Assembly (NCBI GenBank): GCA_043228905.1
Contig: JBHGNT010000006.1
Span: forward strand, 9,238,001-9,302,000
From: Azolla caroliniana
Taxonomy: Eukaryota; Plantae; Polypodiophyta
Reading direction: 5' to 3'
DNA: 64,000 nt
The notes under the pieces are model-generated. The model was not told the DNA's origin. It worked only from the letters and a program-made list of their open reading frames with translations, and did not search any database. Both the position numbers and the translations under genes were made by a program. Positions 1 to 12,885 of the stretch are shown one piece after another (within the stretch, counting starts at the first letter, position 1; every line of letters starts with the position of its first letter).

Positions 1-157
1 TATGACACATAACTTATGAGCTTTCACATTCCTCATGCTCCATGAGGCTTGTAGTTAATGAAGAGAGAGGGTGACTACATAAAGCATCCTCCTCCCACCT
101 TGTATAATGTTGAGTCTTTCTCCTTTGTCAATATACTTTTACCTTGCGTATTCTCTG

Positions 158-224
<67 letters not shown>

Positions 225-280
225 CACACATAGCTCACATCTCTTCCGCTTCACAAGAATCCATCTCTTGATTCTTTACA
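1..280 (+). repeat. 5' LTR of copia A (partial)
   Basis: Near-identical to ~10510-10751; ends GATTCTTTACA directly before the PBS; contains a long (CT)n tract. Confidence 0.95.
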
Positions 281-292
281 TGGTATCAGAGC
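281..292 (+). promoter_or_regulatory. Primer binding site (tRNA-iMet) of copia A
   Basis: TGGTATCAGAGC immediately after the LTR end. Confidence 0.93.
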
Positions 293-439
293 GATTTGGC
301 AGCTCGATCTAGCCCATTCGCCTCGTCGTGATCGTGTGTTGTGCTCCACGCCGACAACCAAGAACCGGCTCATCGCTATCGTAGCTTCGCTACATAGCTC
401 GCATTCGAAGAGAGAAGAAGAAGAAGAAGAATCGACATA

Positions 440-3400
440 ATGAATACTCAAATGGGGAGCGCTATCCCTACCGAGAAGTTGGATCGAAACAACTTCGCAT
501 CTTGGGAGTACAAGATGCACCAATACCTTGTTGGACAAGGCTATTGGAGCTACATCAAAGGAGTGCATGAAGACCGACCCGCCGAAGTGGCTCCCGGATA
601 CGTGACATGGGAACAAGCCGCAAGCCGCGTGATGTATTGCTTGGCGACATGTGTTCACGATCACATGCTCAGTTACATTCGAGAAGCCAAGACGCCGAAG
701 GAAGCGTGGGAAAATCTACGAAAGATTTTCGCCGCCAACACGACCGCGAGGAAGCTTCAACTCCGCCAAGAGTTGAACAACATTCAACAAAGGGACATGT
801 CCATCACAACATACAGCTTGAAGATCAAGGAGCTTTGCGACTCGCTCGGCTCAATAAGCGTAAGTATAGATTATGATACGATGGTGCAAATATGCCTCGG
901 CGGCCTCGCACCATGGTTCGGCGCGATGCGAACCGCCGTTCTAGCATGGGAGAAATCTCCCTCCTTCTTCGAGCTCTAATCGATGCTATTGGTCGAAGAA
1001 AACCACGTGCGTACAAGGAGCAATGAGTCGGAAGGTCACATGCTCTACACACACTCTAATGGAGGAAGAGGGCGCGGATGAGCGAGAGGCCGATTTGGCC
1101 AAGGACAAGGCGGACGAGGTTCGACCTACGACAACAACTCCCAATTTCGTCCGCAAAACGGGGGCCAATGAGGAACCTTCGCAAGAAGGGGGAGCTTCCA
1201 CTCTGACCCGAGCCGTCAAAACGCAACCGAATGCGGATATTGCGGAAAGCTCGGCCACCACGAAGAAGAGTGTTGAAAGAAGATGTGTGAATCGACTTCC
1301 ACAAGCCGACAACTCACGAATTACGCACACAATTCCGACTACGAAGAGTATAGCGGAATGTACGGGAACAACTCCGACTACGAAGATCGTGGCGGAATGT
1401 ATGCACGCAACTCCGACCGTGGCGGAATGTTCATGATGAAACATAGAGCAAACTCTATGTCAGCCTCTACCTCAACTAGTGCCCTCAATCCGGAGGACGT
1501 ATGGTTTGTAGACTCCGGAGCCTCAAACCATATGACATCCCATAAAGAATGGTTTCTCGAACTTCGAGAGCCGGAGCGACCCGGTTATGTCAAAACCGGA
1601 GATGACACTACGCACTTGATTCGGCACATCGGCAATGTCCCGTTCGGCGAAAGAGGTAAGCAAACATACATTAAAAATGTCTTGCATGTTCCCACCATCA
1701 TGAAGAATTTGGTCTCGGTCAGCCAAATGGTTGAGCAAGGGATGCAAGAACGATTCGATCAAGAAGGGTGCTTCATCGAAAAAGAAGGCCGAATCATCGC
1801 ACACGGAAGAAGAGAGGGCCGGATGTTCATTCTCGATTCGCACGAGATGAAATCCACCATGTTTACAAAAAGCACGAAAGCCAACTCCGACATAGAGCTA
1901 TGGCATAAGTGAATCGGCCACATCAATCTCAACAAACTCAAAGCAATGAAATCGAAAGGAGTCGTCATCGGACTCCCGACATTCAAAGAGAAGGAGATTG
2001 AAGGTGTATGTGAAGCGTGCCAATTCGGCAAGCAACACCGACACCCATTTCCGAAGGAGCGGAACGTGAGCAAAGGCGTACTCGACGTAATTCATTCCGA
2101 TGTATGGGGTCCAGCTCAAACGGCGACATTCGGCGGATGCCGATATTACGTGCTCTTCATCAACGATTTTTCTAGGCACACTTGGATCTATCCGATGCGG
2201 CAAAAGAGCGAAGTGTTCGGACACTTCCAAAAATTCAAGAATGAAGTCGAGAAAGCCACGGGCCAACATGTACGTTATCTTCGATCGGATGGCGGCAAGG
2301 AGTACTTCTCGGACGATTTCACGGCATATCTCCGAAAGGAAGGAATTCGGCAAGAATTCACTTGCCGACACACTCCGCAACAAAACGGAGTAGCCGAGCG
2401 CAAAAATCGGCACATCCTCGAAGTAGCGCAGGCCATGATGAATGAGAAGCATATGCCCAAGTCATATTAGGCCGAAGCTACAAATACAGCCGTCTACCTA
2501 ATGAACCGGTGCACAACATCTGGCCTCCGCACGAAAAATACTTTGGAAAGAAGCCGGACTTATCGCACATCCGGATATTCGGCGCGATAGCGTACGTGCA
2601 CATCCCCGACGAGAAGCGTCAAAAGCTTGACCGGAAGTCGAAGAAATGTATCCTCGTAGGATACTCACTCGAACAAAAGGGGTACAAGTGCTACAACCCC
2701 TCAACTCGAAAATCTCGAGTAAGTCGAGACATCGTTTTTGACGAGTCCGCATCCTGGTATGCACCAGAGACAACTTCGCCTCCGACTCCACTCGACCCAG
2801 AATGTGCCGAACAAGAGATCGAGGATGAAGATCGCCCTACGCACATGATCGAAGAAAGTCTGAACATGACCCGACTGAGTGGACCACAAGAGCCTTTGAG
2901 CGATCAAAGCACATCACGGCCTAGCCCAAAGATGGACAAAGGCAAGGCGAAAATGGTGGAATATGAAGACGATCGCTTCGACAACAATGAATCGACTCAC
3001 TCACTCAATAGTGAGTTTGGCGGTTTGGAGGTACCAATTGAAGCCAAGAAAGCCCTCATCTCTGCAAGTGAAAAGCTCCATTGATCCACTCGTGAAAAGA
3101 ACCCCATAAGCCGATTCGGCTACAACGATTATATAGCGTACCATTACGTCTTTATGATGAAGGTAGCGACAGTACGGGAGCCGGAAACCTTTTCGGAAGC
3201 CGTGAAGGACCCGCGATGGATTGAAGCAATGAACGAGGAGATGCAGGCACTACGGAAGACTGAGACGTGGGATCTCGTTCCCACCTCACCACACAAAAAG
3301 GCGATTGGATGCAGATGGATCTACAAGGTGAAGTATAACGTTGATGGCTCCGTAAACCACTACAAAGCTCGACTCGTAGCGAAAGGATACGCTCAGACAC

Positions 3401-4103
3401 ATGGCGTCAACTACGAAGAGACCTTTGCCCTAGTGGCAAAGATGAAGACGGTGCGGACCGTAATTGCGATTGCCGCGGCGAAAGGGTGGCACCTCCATCA
3501 AATGGACGTCAAGAACGCCTTTCTACAAGGCGAATTAGAAGAGGAGGTGTACATGATCCAACCACCCAGCTTCAACTCGAGCACCCATCCAAAAGCTGTA
3601 TGCCGACTCAAGAAGCCACTCTATGGCCTCAAGAAACCACCGCGTGCTTGGCATTCGAAGATAACGCAATATCTTCATCAAATCGACTTCCGTATGTCAA
3701 AATCGGACAACTCCCTCTACATACGAAGCGATTCCGCAAGTCCGATCATCATCATCTTATATGTGGATGACCTAGTCATTGGAGGTGAGCATCTCGTCGA
3801 AATCACTAAGGTCAAATCCCTCCTTTCCGACAAGTTCGAGATGGTGGACATGAAGGAGCTCCACTACTTCCTCGGCATCGAGGTAATTCGGACTCCAGCC
3901 AGAATCTTGATCTCTCAATGGCACTACATCCTCAACTTGTTATACAAGTTCAGGATGGCTGAGTGCAAATCCACGGCAACACCGCTCGATCGTAATCTCA
4001 AACTAGATGCGAACTCCGGCACCAAAGCGTGTGAGCCGACTCAGTATCGGCAACTCATCGGGAGTCTCATCTACCTCACGATCACTCGACCCGATCTCAG
4101 TTA
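440..4103 (+). pseudogene. Copia A gag-pol, 5' part (gag/PR/IN/RT), with in-frame stops and frameshifts
   Basis: ORFs 440-979, 1283-1912, 1946-2470, 2509-3084 and 3154-4155 carry copia motifs; RT is cut at ITRPDLSY by element B. Confidence 0.93.
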
Positions 4104-4379
4104 TGACAAGAACGCACGCTCCCTTTCCACAACACTCGGCCACAATCGAGTCTAAAATCGAACACAGAAAAACGGATAATGAAATGCACGACACAAAGGA
4201 GAGAAGAGTACACAGGATGTTTAAAGTGGAAAACCCTGACAGGGAAAAACCACGGGAGTCCACTGACTCCAAACTATCATTATATCACAATGATTACAGC
4301 AGTGAGCTCACGGAGGCAGCGACCTCGTGCTCACAATCTTCGCCACAGGCGGCGGTTACAACAGAGGCAACGACCTCTT

Positions 4380-4423
<44 letters not shown>

Positions 4424-4836
4424 CACTGTTACGCGCTCTCTCTTCTTGCACCAACAAGAATGACAACAACTATGTTCTCTGTTTGCCCTAAGTCATATTT
4501 ATACTAATATGACTTTTCGGCTATTTACAAATATAGCCCCGATGGACTCTCAGAAACACATTTACAAATATGTCCCTTCATCCGGTGAGCACTTCTCACC
4601 GGGCCTTCACCATCCGGCTCTTGCCGGGTACTCCTCATCCGGTTCTCACCGGGTCTTCTGTAGCCGGGTACTCCACATCCGGTTCTCACCGGGTCTTCCG
4701 TAGCCGGGTACTCCTCATCCGGTTCTCATCGGGTCTTCCGTAGCCGGGCAGACCACATCTGGTTTCGGCCTCGGCCGAGTTTACTCATCAGTACTGTTCT
4801 TCTCACTTCCCATCCGGAGGGACCTGTTTCCTAACA
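4104..4836 (-). repeat. 3' LTR of copia B (733 bp)
   Basis: Direct repeat of 8846-9488; holds three copies of a 40-bp unit at ~4623-4742. Confidence 0.95.
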
Positions 4837-4847
4837 AATTCCCCCTT

Positions 4848-7800
4848 CACTCCAGCATGGGATGTCTTACTAGTCCGATCCGCTTCTGGCATGCATCCGG
4901 CTTGTCGGGTATCAGTACTTTTGGTCAGCATATTTGACCCGTTCTCGGCCGTGTGGATCTTCGTCAGCACGAACTCCTAGTCATCTACTCTTTCCCGGAT
5001 CCAGTGATACCTTTGTTGGATATGCCTCATCCGGGAATGGTAGGCCGCATTCTTAGCAAGGTGGATGGCACTTTGACTGTCGCAATAGAGTCGGTATCCA
5101 TCTTGCCGGATACCGAGCTCTCCGATGAAGTTCTTCATCCATAATATTTCCTTGCCGGCTTCCACAGCCGCCATGTACTCCGCCTTCATGGTTGACAACG
5201 CAACCGTCTTCTGCAGCCTCGACTGCCACGAAACAGCTCCTACATATGTCATTACATACCCGGATGTAGATCGGCTGGTATCCACATCAGCCGACATGTC
5301 TGAATCGGTAAAACCGTCAACTTGAGGTTTTCCGGAGCCGAATCAGAGACACATATTTGAAGTGCCCTTCAAGTACCAGAGCATCCATTTGACCGCATTC
5401 CAGTGCTCCTTGTCGGGATTGCTCATAAACCGGCTCACCACTCCGACTGCGTATCCTATATCCGGTCGGGTACACACCATTGCGTAAATTAAGCTCCCGA
5501 CGGCAGAGACATATGGAACCTTCATCATATCCACCTTCTCTGCTTTCGTCTTCGGGCTTTGCTTACCGGATAACCTGTAGTTTGCCGGAAGTGTCGATCC
5601 GACCGGTTTCGCATCTAACATGTTGAACCGCTGAAGCACCTTTGTCACGTATTTTTCCTGTGACAGCCACAGTTGCTTCATTGGCCGGTTCCAGATGATA
5701 TGCATCCCCAGCATCTGTCTTGCCGGACCTAATTCTTTCATCGCAAAGGTTTGGTTGAGAGCCTTCTTCAGCATCCGTATTCTGGCTTGGTCCCGTCCGA
5801 CGATCAACATGTCATCCACGTACAGAAGGAGTATCAGGAAGTCGCCTCCTTCGAACTTCTTCACAAACACGTAGTGATCGGCCTGCGTCTTGTGGTACCG
5901 TTGATCGGTCATGAAGGAGTCGAACTTCTGGTACCATTGTCGGGGAGCCTGCTTTAGTCTGTACAAGCTCTTCTTCAACCGGCAAACCAGATGCTCCTTC
6001 CCTTTCTCCACGAATCCTTCCGGTTGCTGCATGTAGATCTCCTCTTCGAGGTCTCCGTGAAGGAATGTCGTCTTCACGTCCAGCTGCTCTACCTCAAGGT
6101 CCATGGTTGCCGCTATACTCAGCATCGTCCGGATGGAGGTCATCTTTACTATCGGGGCAAATATCTCATCGAAGTCCATGCCCTTCTTCTGCTAGAACCC
6201 CTTCACCACGATCCTGGCTATGTATCTCGGGGGTTTGTCGGCATCTCCTGGTTTCAACTTGTACACCCAGTTGTTTCGGAGTGCCCGCTTTCCTTTCGGC
6301 AACTCCACCAATTCGTACGTATGGTTTTCATGCAAGGAATCCATCTCATCCAGCATGGCACTTAACCATTTGCGGCTGTGGGTGTCATCCTTCGCTTCTT
6401 CGAAGCTTTCCGACTCTCCCTCATCGGTCAGCAGCACATGCTCTGCATTCGGAAATCTCCGGGGGGCCCTTCTCTCTCTGAGAGGATATCTCCGTCTTTG
6501 GGCTTCGGTAACTAGCTCCTCCATTTGCTCTTCATCCGAATCCGATTCGGGGTCTTGGCCTGTTCCAGTTTCAGCTTCCTCTACTTCTTATTCTGCCGGT
6601 TCGGTATCCTCACCGTAAACGGCTGGTTCCTCGAGTGCTAACCGGTCTCTTGCCGGTTGGGTATGCTCATTGTAGAATCGATCCTTACCTGTCGACTCAG
6701 AGTTCATTATCTTCTTCTCTAACTCCCAATCGGCGAGCGTCTTGTCCTCCATGAAGATAATATCTCGACTCCGGAATACCTTCTTGTCGACCAGGTCCCA
6801 CACTCGGTAGACGAACTCATCGTCATCGTAACTGAGGAATATGCATGGCCGGGTCTTCGGCGTGTCTCCGTCCATACTCTCTGCGGTGTGTCTCCATCCA
6901 AGGGTACTGAGGGTGATTTGTTTATCACATATGTCGTCGTCGACAGTGCCTCAACCCAAAACTTCTTGGGTAGTTTTGCATGCGCCAGCATACTCCGAAC
7001 CCTCTCCATTATGGTCCGGTTCATCCTCTCGGCCAGCCCGTTTAGTTCCGGCGTCTTTGGCACGGTAAATTCGAGCCGGATTCCCTTCGAGCAACAGTAC
7101 TCCTCGAACTGCCCCCTGTATTCACCTCCGTTATCTACTCGAACTGCCTTCAGCTTTCGGCCGGTTTCTCTTTCCACTCTCGCGTGGAGCTCTTTGAAAA
7201 CGGATAGCACTTGATCCTTCGTCTTCAACGGTGTGGCCCACAGCTTCCGGATGTGGTCATCTATGAACGTCACGAAGTATTGCGATCCTGCATGTGACTT
7301 CGTGTCCACTTGACACACATAAGTATGCACCAACTCCAGTGGTGCATTACGTCTCATCGGTGGCCTTGGTTGGAAGAAGGTCCGGTTTTGCTTACCGGCC
7401 AGACAATCAGTGCACTTCTCCAAGTGCACGTTCTTCACTGGAATGAGGTTGTCATCTGCAAGCCTCTTCATCCCCTTCTCGCTCATGTGACACAGCCTTT
7501 TGTGCCACAGCTCACCGGTAGTGTCAGATGCCACGTTCACTTCCTCCAGATATAACCGGGCATTCATCAGGTACAGAGTGTTTGCCTTCCAGGCCCAAGC
7601 CACAATCAGGCTCCCTTTGCTGAACTTCATAACACCGTTCTAGACGCTACCCATGTAGCCTTCATCATCTAACCGACCGGCTGATATCAGGTTTAGACGA
7701 ACCTTTGGAACGGGTCGGACATCCTTTAGCAACAGCTTGCATCCGGTTGGTGTTGTCAGCCACACGTCTCCTATGTCGACAATTCGGCATGTACCTTCAT

Positions 7801-8812
7801 TCCCCATCTGGACACAGTCGTGATCACAGGCTGAGTAAGATGAGAAGCATTTCTGGTTTGGGGTAAGGTGGAACGACACTCCGGAGTCGACCACCCAAGT
7901 CATCTCGTCGCTGGCAAGGTTTATCTCACTCTCCTCGGTGATGAGCATCAACTCTTCTTCACTTGCCGCGATTGTCGTCGTTCCCTTCCGGTTCAGCCCC
8001 CTCCGGTCTTTACCGTTCCGGTCCAGTGTCCGCTTCGAATCGGTACCGTCGGTTTCCTTGTCTTTTCGGAAGTGCCGACAGTTCTTCTGGAAGTGTCCCG
8101 GCTTGCCGCAATAGAAGCAAGTAGGCCTCCCCCTTGACTTTGACCGTGTCCCCGACTTTTCCCGGTTCTGGGGACTACGGTTCCTTTGTCTTCCGCGTTC
8201 CGATTCGGTAAGGAGCGGTTTGGGGTCGGAGCTCGTATCCTTATCTTTCCGACATGCCTCCTCATCTAGCAAGCTCGACTTCACTCTTGCTAGGGATAAT
8301 CGTTTCCCTTCCGGCCCGGCGTTGCCCAAAGTGACAACCAACATCTCCCAGCTATTCGGGAGGGAACCGAGCAGGAGTAGCGTTAGTACCTCATCGGCGA
8401 GAGGTACTTCCAATGATGTTTCCTGGTGTATCAGCCCCTAGAAGGTATTCAAGTGCTCCGCCATGCTGGAGCCATCTTGGTACCGGAGTCTTACTAGCTT
8501 CCGAAATACCGAAACCTGATTGAAAACATTTTTGTTCTGAAACATAATGTCGATCTTCTCCCAGAGCTTATGAGCCTTGCTCTCTTCATTGAAGTTGTTG
8601 TATAGACTCATGTCGATGAAGCATTGTATGTAAGCGGTTGTCTTCATGTGCATCACCTCCCATATCGTGGCGTCGATTTTGTCCGGTCTCCTGTCCCCGA
8701 ACTGAACCTGCAACCAAAGATCTTTAATCATGAGCATGTCCCTCATCTTCGACTTCCACACAGAATAGTTGGAGCCGGTGAGCTTGAACATGCCTCCCAA
8801 CGAATCTTCCAT
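4848..8812 (-). pseudogene. Copia B gag-pol with stops and frameshifts
   Basis: Minus-strand ORFs with CFYCGKPGHFQKNC knuckle, WVVDSG protease, DNGGEY and NGLAERMNRT integrase, LLYVDDML RT, CDSQSAIHLAKN RNase H. Confidence 0.93.
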
Positions 8813-8845
8813 TTTTTTCTGTGTTACCTCGCTTTGATACCACTT

Positions 8846-9122
8846 TGACAGGAACGCACGCTCCCTTTCCACAACACTCGGCCACAACCGAGTCTAAAAT
8901 CGAACACAGAAAAATGGATAATGAAATGCGCGACACAAGGGAGAGAAGAGTACATAGGATGTTTAACGTGGAAAACCCTGAGAGGGAAAAACCACGAGAG
9001 TCCACTGACTCCAAACTATCACTATATCACAATGATTACAGCAGTGAGCTCACGGAGGCAACGACCTCGTGCTCACGATCTTCGCCACAAGCGGCGGTTA
9101 CAACAGAGGCAACGACCTCTTC

Positions 9123-9154
<32 letters not shown>

Positions 9155-9488
9155 ACACTGTTACGCGCTCTCTCTTCTTGCACCAACAAGAATGACAACA
9201 ACTATGTTCTCTGTTTGCCCTAAGTCATATTTATACTAATATGACTTTTCGGCTATTTACAAATATAGCCCTGATGGACTCTCAGAAACACATTTACAAA
9301 TATGTCCCTTCATCCGGTGAGCACTTCTTACCAAGCCTTCACCATCCGGCTCTTGCCGGGTACTCCTCATCCGGTTCTCACCGGGTCTTCCGTAGCCAGG
9401 CAGACCACATTCGGTTTCGGCCTCGGCCGAGTTTACTCATCAGTACTGTTCTTCTCACTTCCCATCCGGAGGGACCTGTTTCCTAACA
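8846..9488 (-). repeat. 5' LTR of copia B (643 bp)
   Basis: Direct repeat of 4104-4836 with one copy of the 40-bp unit; adjacent to the PBS. Confidence 0.95.
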
Positions 9489-9493
9489 AGTTA

Positions 9494-10136
9494 TCCGGTC
9501 GGTCTCCTTAGCCAATTCATGCAAACACTGCGTGCTACTCACTTGGATTGCGCTAAGCGAGTTCTACAATACGTGAGCGGCATAATGGATTGCGGCATCC
9601 TCTACAAGACCGCGATGCCAATACGACTCGAGGGGTACACAAACGCCGATTGGGCCGGCTACAAAGCTGATAGAAGATCAACCTCCGGATTTGTTTTCTC
9701 CCTCGGCAGCAGAGCAATATCCTGGAGTAGCAAGAAGCAGCCCATCGTCGCTCTTTCGAGTATGGAGGCGGAATACAGGGGTGTAGCCGTAGCTGCATGT
9801 GAAGCCGTATGGCTCAAGAGGATTTTGAAGGATCTGGGCGTACCCATCAAGGATCCGACTTCCCTTTACTGCGACAACATGAGCAGTATCTATCTGGCTC
9901 GGAACCCGGTGTTCCACGCGCAGAAAAAGCACATCGAAGTGCATTATCACTTCATCCGAGAGCGCGTTCTGGCTGGCGATGTCAACCTACAGCACATTAG
10001 CACCAATCTTCAAACGGCCAACATCTTCACTAAAGCCTTAGGAGCCGACAAGCTATGGCAATTCATGACCGATCTCGGATTGACGATCCCTGACCTGCCA
10101 AGCTTGAGGGGGAGTACTGAAGACACTACACAATAA
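9494..10136 (+). pseudogene. Copia A pol, 3' part (end of RT and RNase H)
   Basis: GYTNADWAG...RRSTSG...EAEY...CDNMS...KHIEVHYHFIRE...LRGS; continues the frame broken at 4103. Confidence 0.93.
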
Positions 10137-10374
10137 CGCGTGGATTCCGCAACCACGCAACGAAGCAGCGAAGAGCTGATCTACCACGCAAAGCCGCGAA
10201 GAAAGATGCAAGCCGAAGCACAGTCTTCGCACAACGCAAGTTGGAGCACGGATTCCGCAACTCCACAACTCCGCATAAAGCGAGCCGATGCGAGTCGACG
10301 CGGACTCCGAAACGCGAGTTGAAGCGGATTTCGGATACCGTATGAAATCGACCCGACTTGAGCTTGAGGGGGCA

Positions 10375-10751
10375 TGTTGAGAATCAAGCTCAACTTGGTC
10401 TAGTGTGTGAACTCACCTTGAGAGTGAAGAGACACTCCAACGGTCAAGAGTCACCATTATGTCGCCACTTTGTATTCTAGCATTTAGTATGCGTCATAGA
10501 ATCATATTCTATGACTTATAACTTATGAGCTTTCACATTCCCCATGCTCCATGAGGCTTGTAGTTAATGAAGAGAGAGGGTGACTACATAAAGCACCCTC
10601 CTCCCACCTTGTATAATGTTGAGTCTTTCTCCTTTGTCAATATACTTTTACCTTGCGTATTCTCTGTGTTTCTCTCTTTCTCTCTCTCTTACACACACAC
10701 ATAACTCACATCTCTTCCGCTTCACAAGAATCCATCTCTTGATTCTTTACA
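10375..10751 (+). repeat. 3' LTR of copia A (377 bp)
   Basis: TGTTGAGAATC...GATTCTTTACA, preceded by the PPT; matches 1-280. Confidence 0.95.
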
Positions 10752-10890
10752 CTCTACCTAGTACTTTAAATATTTTACTAATATTTACACTTATTTTTAC
10801 ACAAAGACATTTTCGTGTGCATCCGTGCACACCCCCGTTCACACGTATCCGGCTCCCCTTTCTCCCTATGCCCGGAATCCTTCACGACAT

Positions 10891-11230
10891 CAGTATAGAA
10901 GTAATCCGGGCACCAATCAGGATTATGATCTCCCAACAGCACTACATCCTCAACTTGTTATATAAGTTCGGGATGACTGAGTGTTGATCTGTGGCAACCC
11001 CTCTCAAGCGGAACCTAAAACTAGATGCTGACTCCGGCATAGAAGAGTGTGAGCTATCTCACTATCATCAGATAGTCGAAAACCTAATTTACCTCACTAT
11101 TACTTGACCTGACCTCAGTTATCCAATCGGCCTCCTTAGCTAGTTTATGTAGACACTACGAAACATTCACTTTGATTATGCTAAGCGAGTGTTACGCTAT
11201 GTAAGTGAGACGATAAATTATGGCATTGTC
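10891..11230 (+). pseudogene. Copia C RT remnant, left of the DNA transposon insertion
   Basis: IEVIRAPIRIMISQQHYILNLLYKFGMTEC...LRYVSETINYGIV, homologous to RT of elements A and D; several stops. Confidence 0.88.
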
Positions 11231-11256
11231 GGGTCGAAGCATGCTACGGTGTACCA
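11231..11256 (+). repeat. Left terminal inverted repeat
   Basis: GGGTCGAAGCATGCTACGGTGTACCA versus reverse complement of the right end, GGGTAGAAGCACGCTACGGTGTACCA. Confidence 0.93.
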
Positions 11257-11539
11257 ACTTTTGGCCAAAAATTTAGTACTAAATCGAAGAAGAAAAGAAA
11301 CATTAAAAATTGTAAATAAATTTCAAAAAACCAAAAACAAATTCATTACGTCACACTCGAATGTTCAAAGATATTATACGTCACACTCGAATGTCCCTAG
11401 GCCATATTTAATGCATTAAGTGTTGCCCCAGTCTCCTAGGTAGAGTTGTACGAAAGCACACCTGGAGAAGGTTTCCATTGTGACAGGTGGTCAGTGTCAA
11501 TCTCTCTCTCTCTGGTATTGGTAGTCGAACGTGTCAGTT

Positions 11540-11555
11540 GGTATGTCTCTCTCTC

Positions 11556-11601
<46 letters not shown>

Positions 11602-11690
11602 GTCTCGAAGTTGTCAGACAGACACCTTCGAAGGTCTGTTTCTCTCTGTCTCTCACTCACTCTCTGTCTCTCTGTCTCTCTGTCTCTCTG

Positions 11691-11752
<62 letters not shown>

Positions 11753-12130
11753 GTCTCGAAGTTGTCAGACAGACACCGTCGAGGGTCTGTTTCTCTTTGT
11801 CTCTCACTCACTCTCTGTCTCTCTCTCTCTCTCTTCTACCTCGAAGTTGTCAGACAGACACCTTCGAAGGTCTGTTTCTCTCTGTCTCTCACTCCACCTT
11901 CGAATGTCTCTTTCTTTCTTTCTTTCTGTTTCTCTCTCTCACTCCACCTTCGATTCTCTGTTTCCCCGTTGTTGTTGTTCTTGTGTTCCCCTCTGTGCCA
12001 GGTTCGATCTCTGAACTCTGTATACGCAGCAGCCTCTGCAGCAGCCTCTGAAGTTTGTCTCCTCTGCAGCAGCCTCTGAAGTTTGCTCGTTTGTCTCCTC
12101 TGCAGCAGCCTCTGACGTTTTGCTCGTTTG
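11540..12130. repeat. Repeats upstream of the cargo gene: three ~55-bp units separated by (CT)n, then CTCTGCAGCAGCCTCTGA repeats
   Basis: CTCGAAGTTGTCAGACAGACACC occurs at ~11604, ~11755 and ~11840; GCAGCAGCCTCTG occurs four times in 12025-12115. Confidence 0.8.
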
Positions 12131-12885
12131 TCATCCTGAAGTTTTCTCGTTTGTCTCCCAAGGTATCGAAATCAAGACGGTGTGGTACCTCTGCAAGTTT
12201 AGCGACCTCCAGGTATTCTCTGTGTTGCATGCCCAACTGGTATGTATTCTTTTTCTGAATGTTTCCTCTCTGTCTGTTTTTTATTTGTATGTGTATGACC
12301 ATTTGTAGGTTTTGATTATTCATAGTCTATGTGTTGCATGCCCAACTGGTATGTTTTTGTTTTCTCTGTGTTTCTCTGTGTTTCTTTTAAAAATGTATCA
12401 CAATATTTTGTTCGATGTGGTTGTGTGTTAGACATGTTTGTACATGTGGCCAAAATGGAGTTGGCTATGATGAGTTGCTATGTTTTTGTTTTGTTAATGT
12501 TTCATGTCCATCTGTTTTTATTTTGTGTGAGTTTGGCATGGATGAGTTTTTTTCCTACTATTTTGGGTTTTTGTATGTTGGACATGGCTTGTACATGCGA
12601 TGTGATGGAGTTGGTTATGATGATTTACAAAGTTTTCGTTTTCTTTGACTTTCCTATTCGTCTGTTTTTATTTTCTGTGTGTTTGACATGGATGAGTTTT
12701 ATTTTCTGTGTGTTTGACTATTTAGGGTTATTGTGTGTTGATTTGCAATGTGATGATTTGCTATGTGGTTTGTACATGTGGTTTGTACATGCAATGTGAT
12801 GATTTGCTATGTGTTGATGGTAATTGCGATGTGTTGATGGTAATTGATTTGCTATGTGTTGATGAGAATTGTGTTGACTAGGAAA

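Larger units (their letters stand above)
4104..9488 (-). mobile_element. Ty1/copia element B (Tnt1-like, degenerate), nested in the RT of element A
   Basis: TG...CA LTRs at 4104-4836 and 8846-9488; 5-bp TSD AGTTA at 4099-4103 and 9489-9493; minus-strand PBS TGGTATCAAAGC at 8831-8842; PPT at ~4837-4850. Removing B restores A's frame (DLSY|PVGLLSQFMQ). Confidence 0.96.
1..10751 (+). mobile_element. Ty1/copia LTR retrotransposon A (degenerate; 5' LTR runs off the window start; interrupted by element B)
   Basis: 1-280 matches the distal part of the LTR at 10375-10751 (TG...TTTACA). PBS TGGTATCAGAGC at 281 and PPT GAGGGGGCA just before 10375. Domain order is gag, zinc knuckle, protease (WFVDSGASNH), integrase (HSDVWGP, RSDGGKEY, QQNGVAER), RT (YVDD), RNase H. 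Confidence 0.96.

Noticed and set aside
11446-12079. Long ORFs rich in SLSLSL / ERERER
   Set aside because: Translations of (CT)n microsatellites; the same applies to similar ORFs in the LTRs.
12329-12799. 156-aa hydrophobic, membrane-protein-like ORF
   Set aside because: T/G-rich low-complexity sequence, best explained as the leader intron of the cargo gene.
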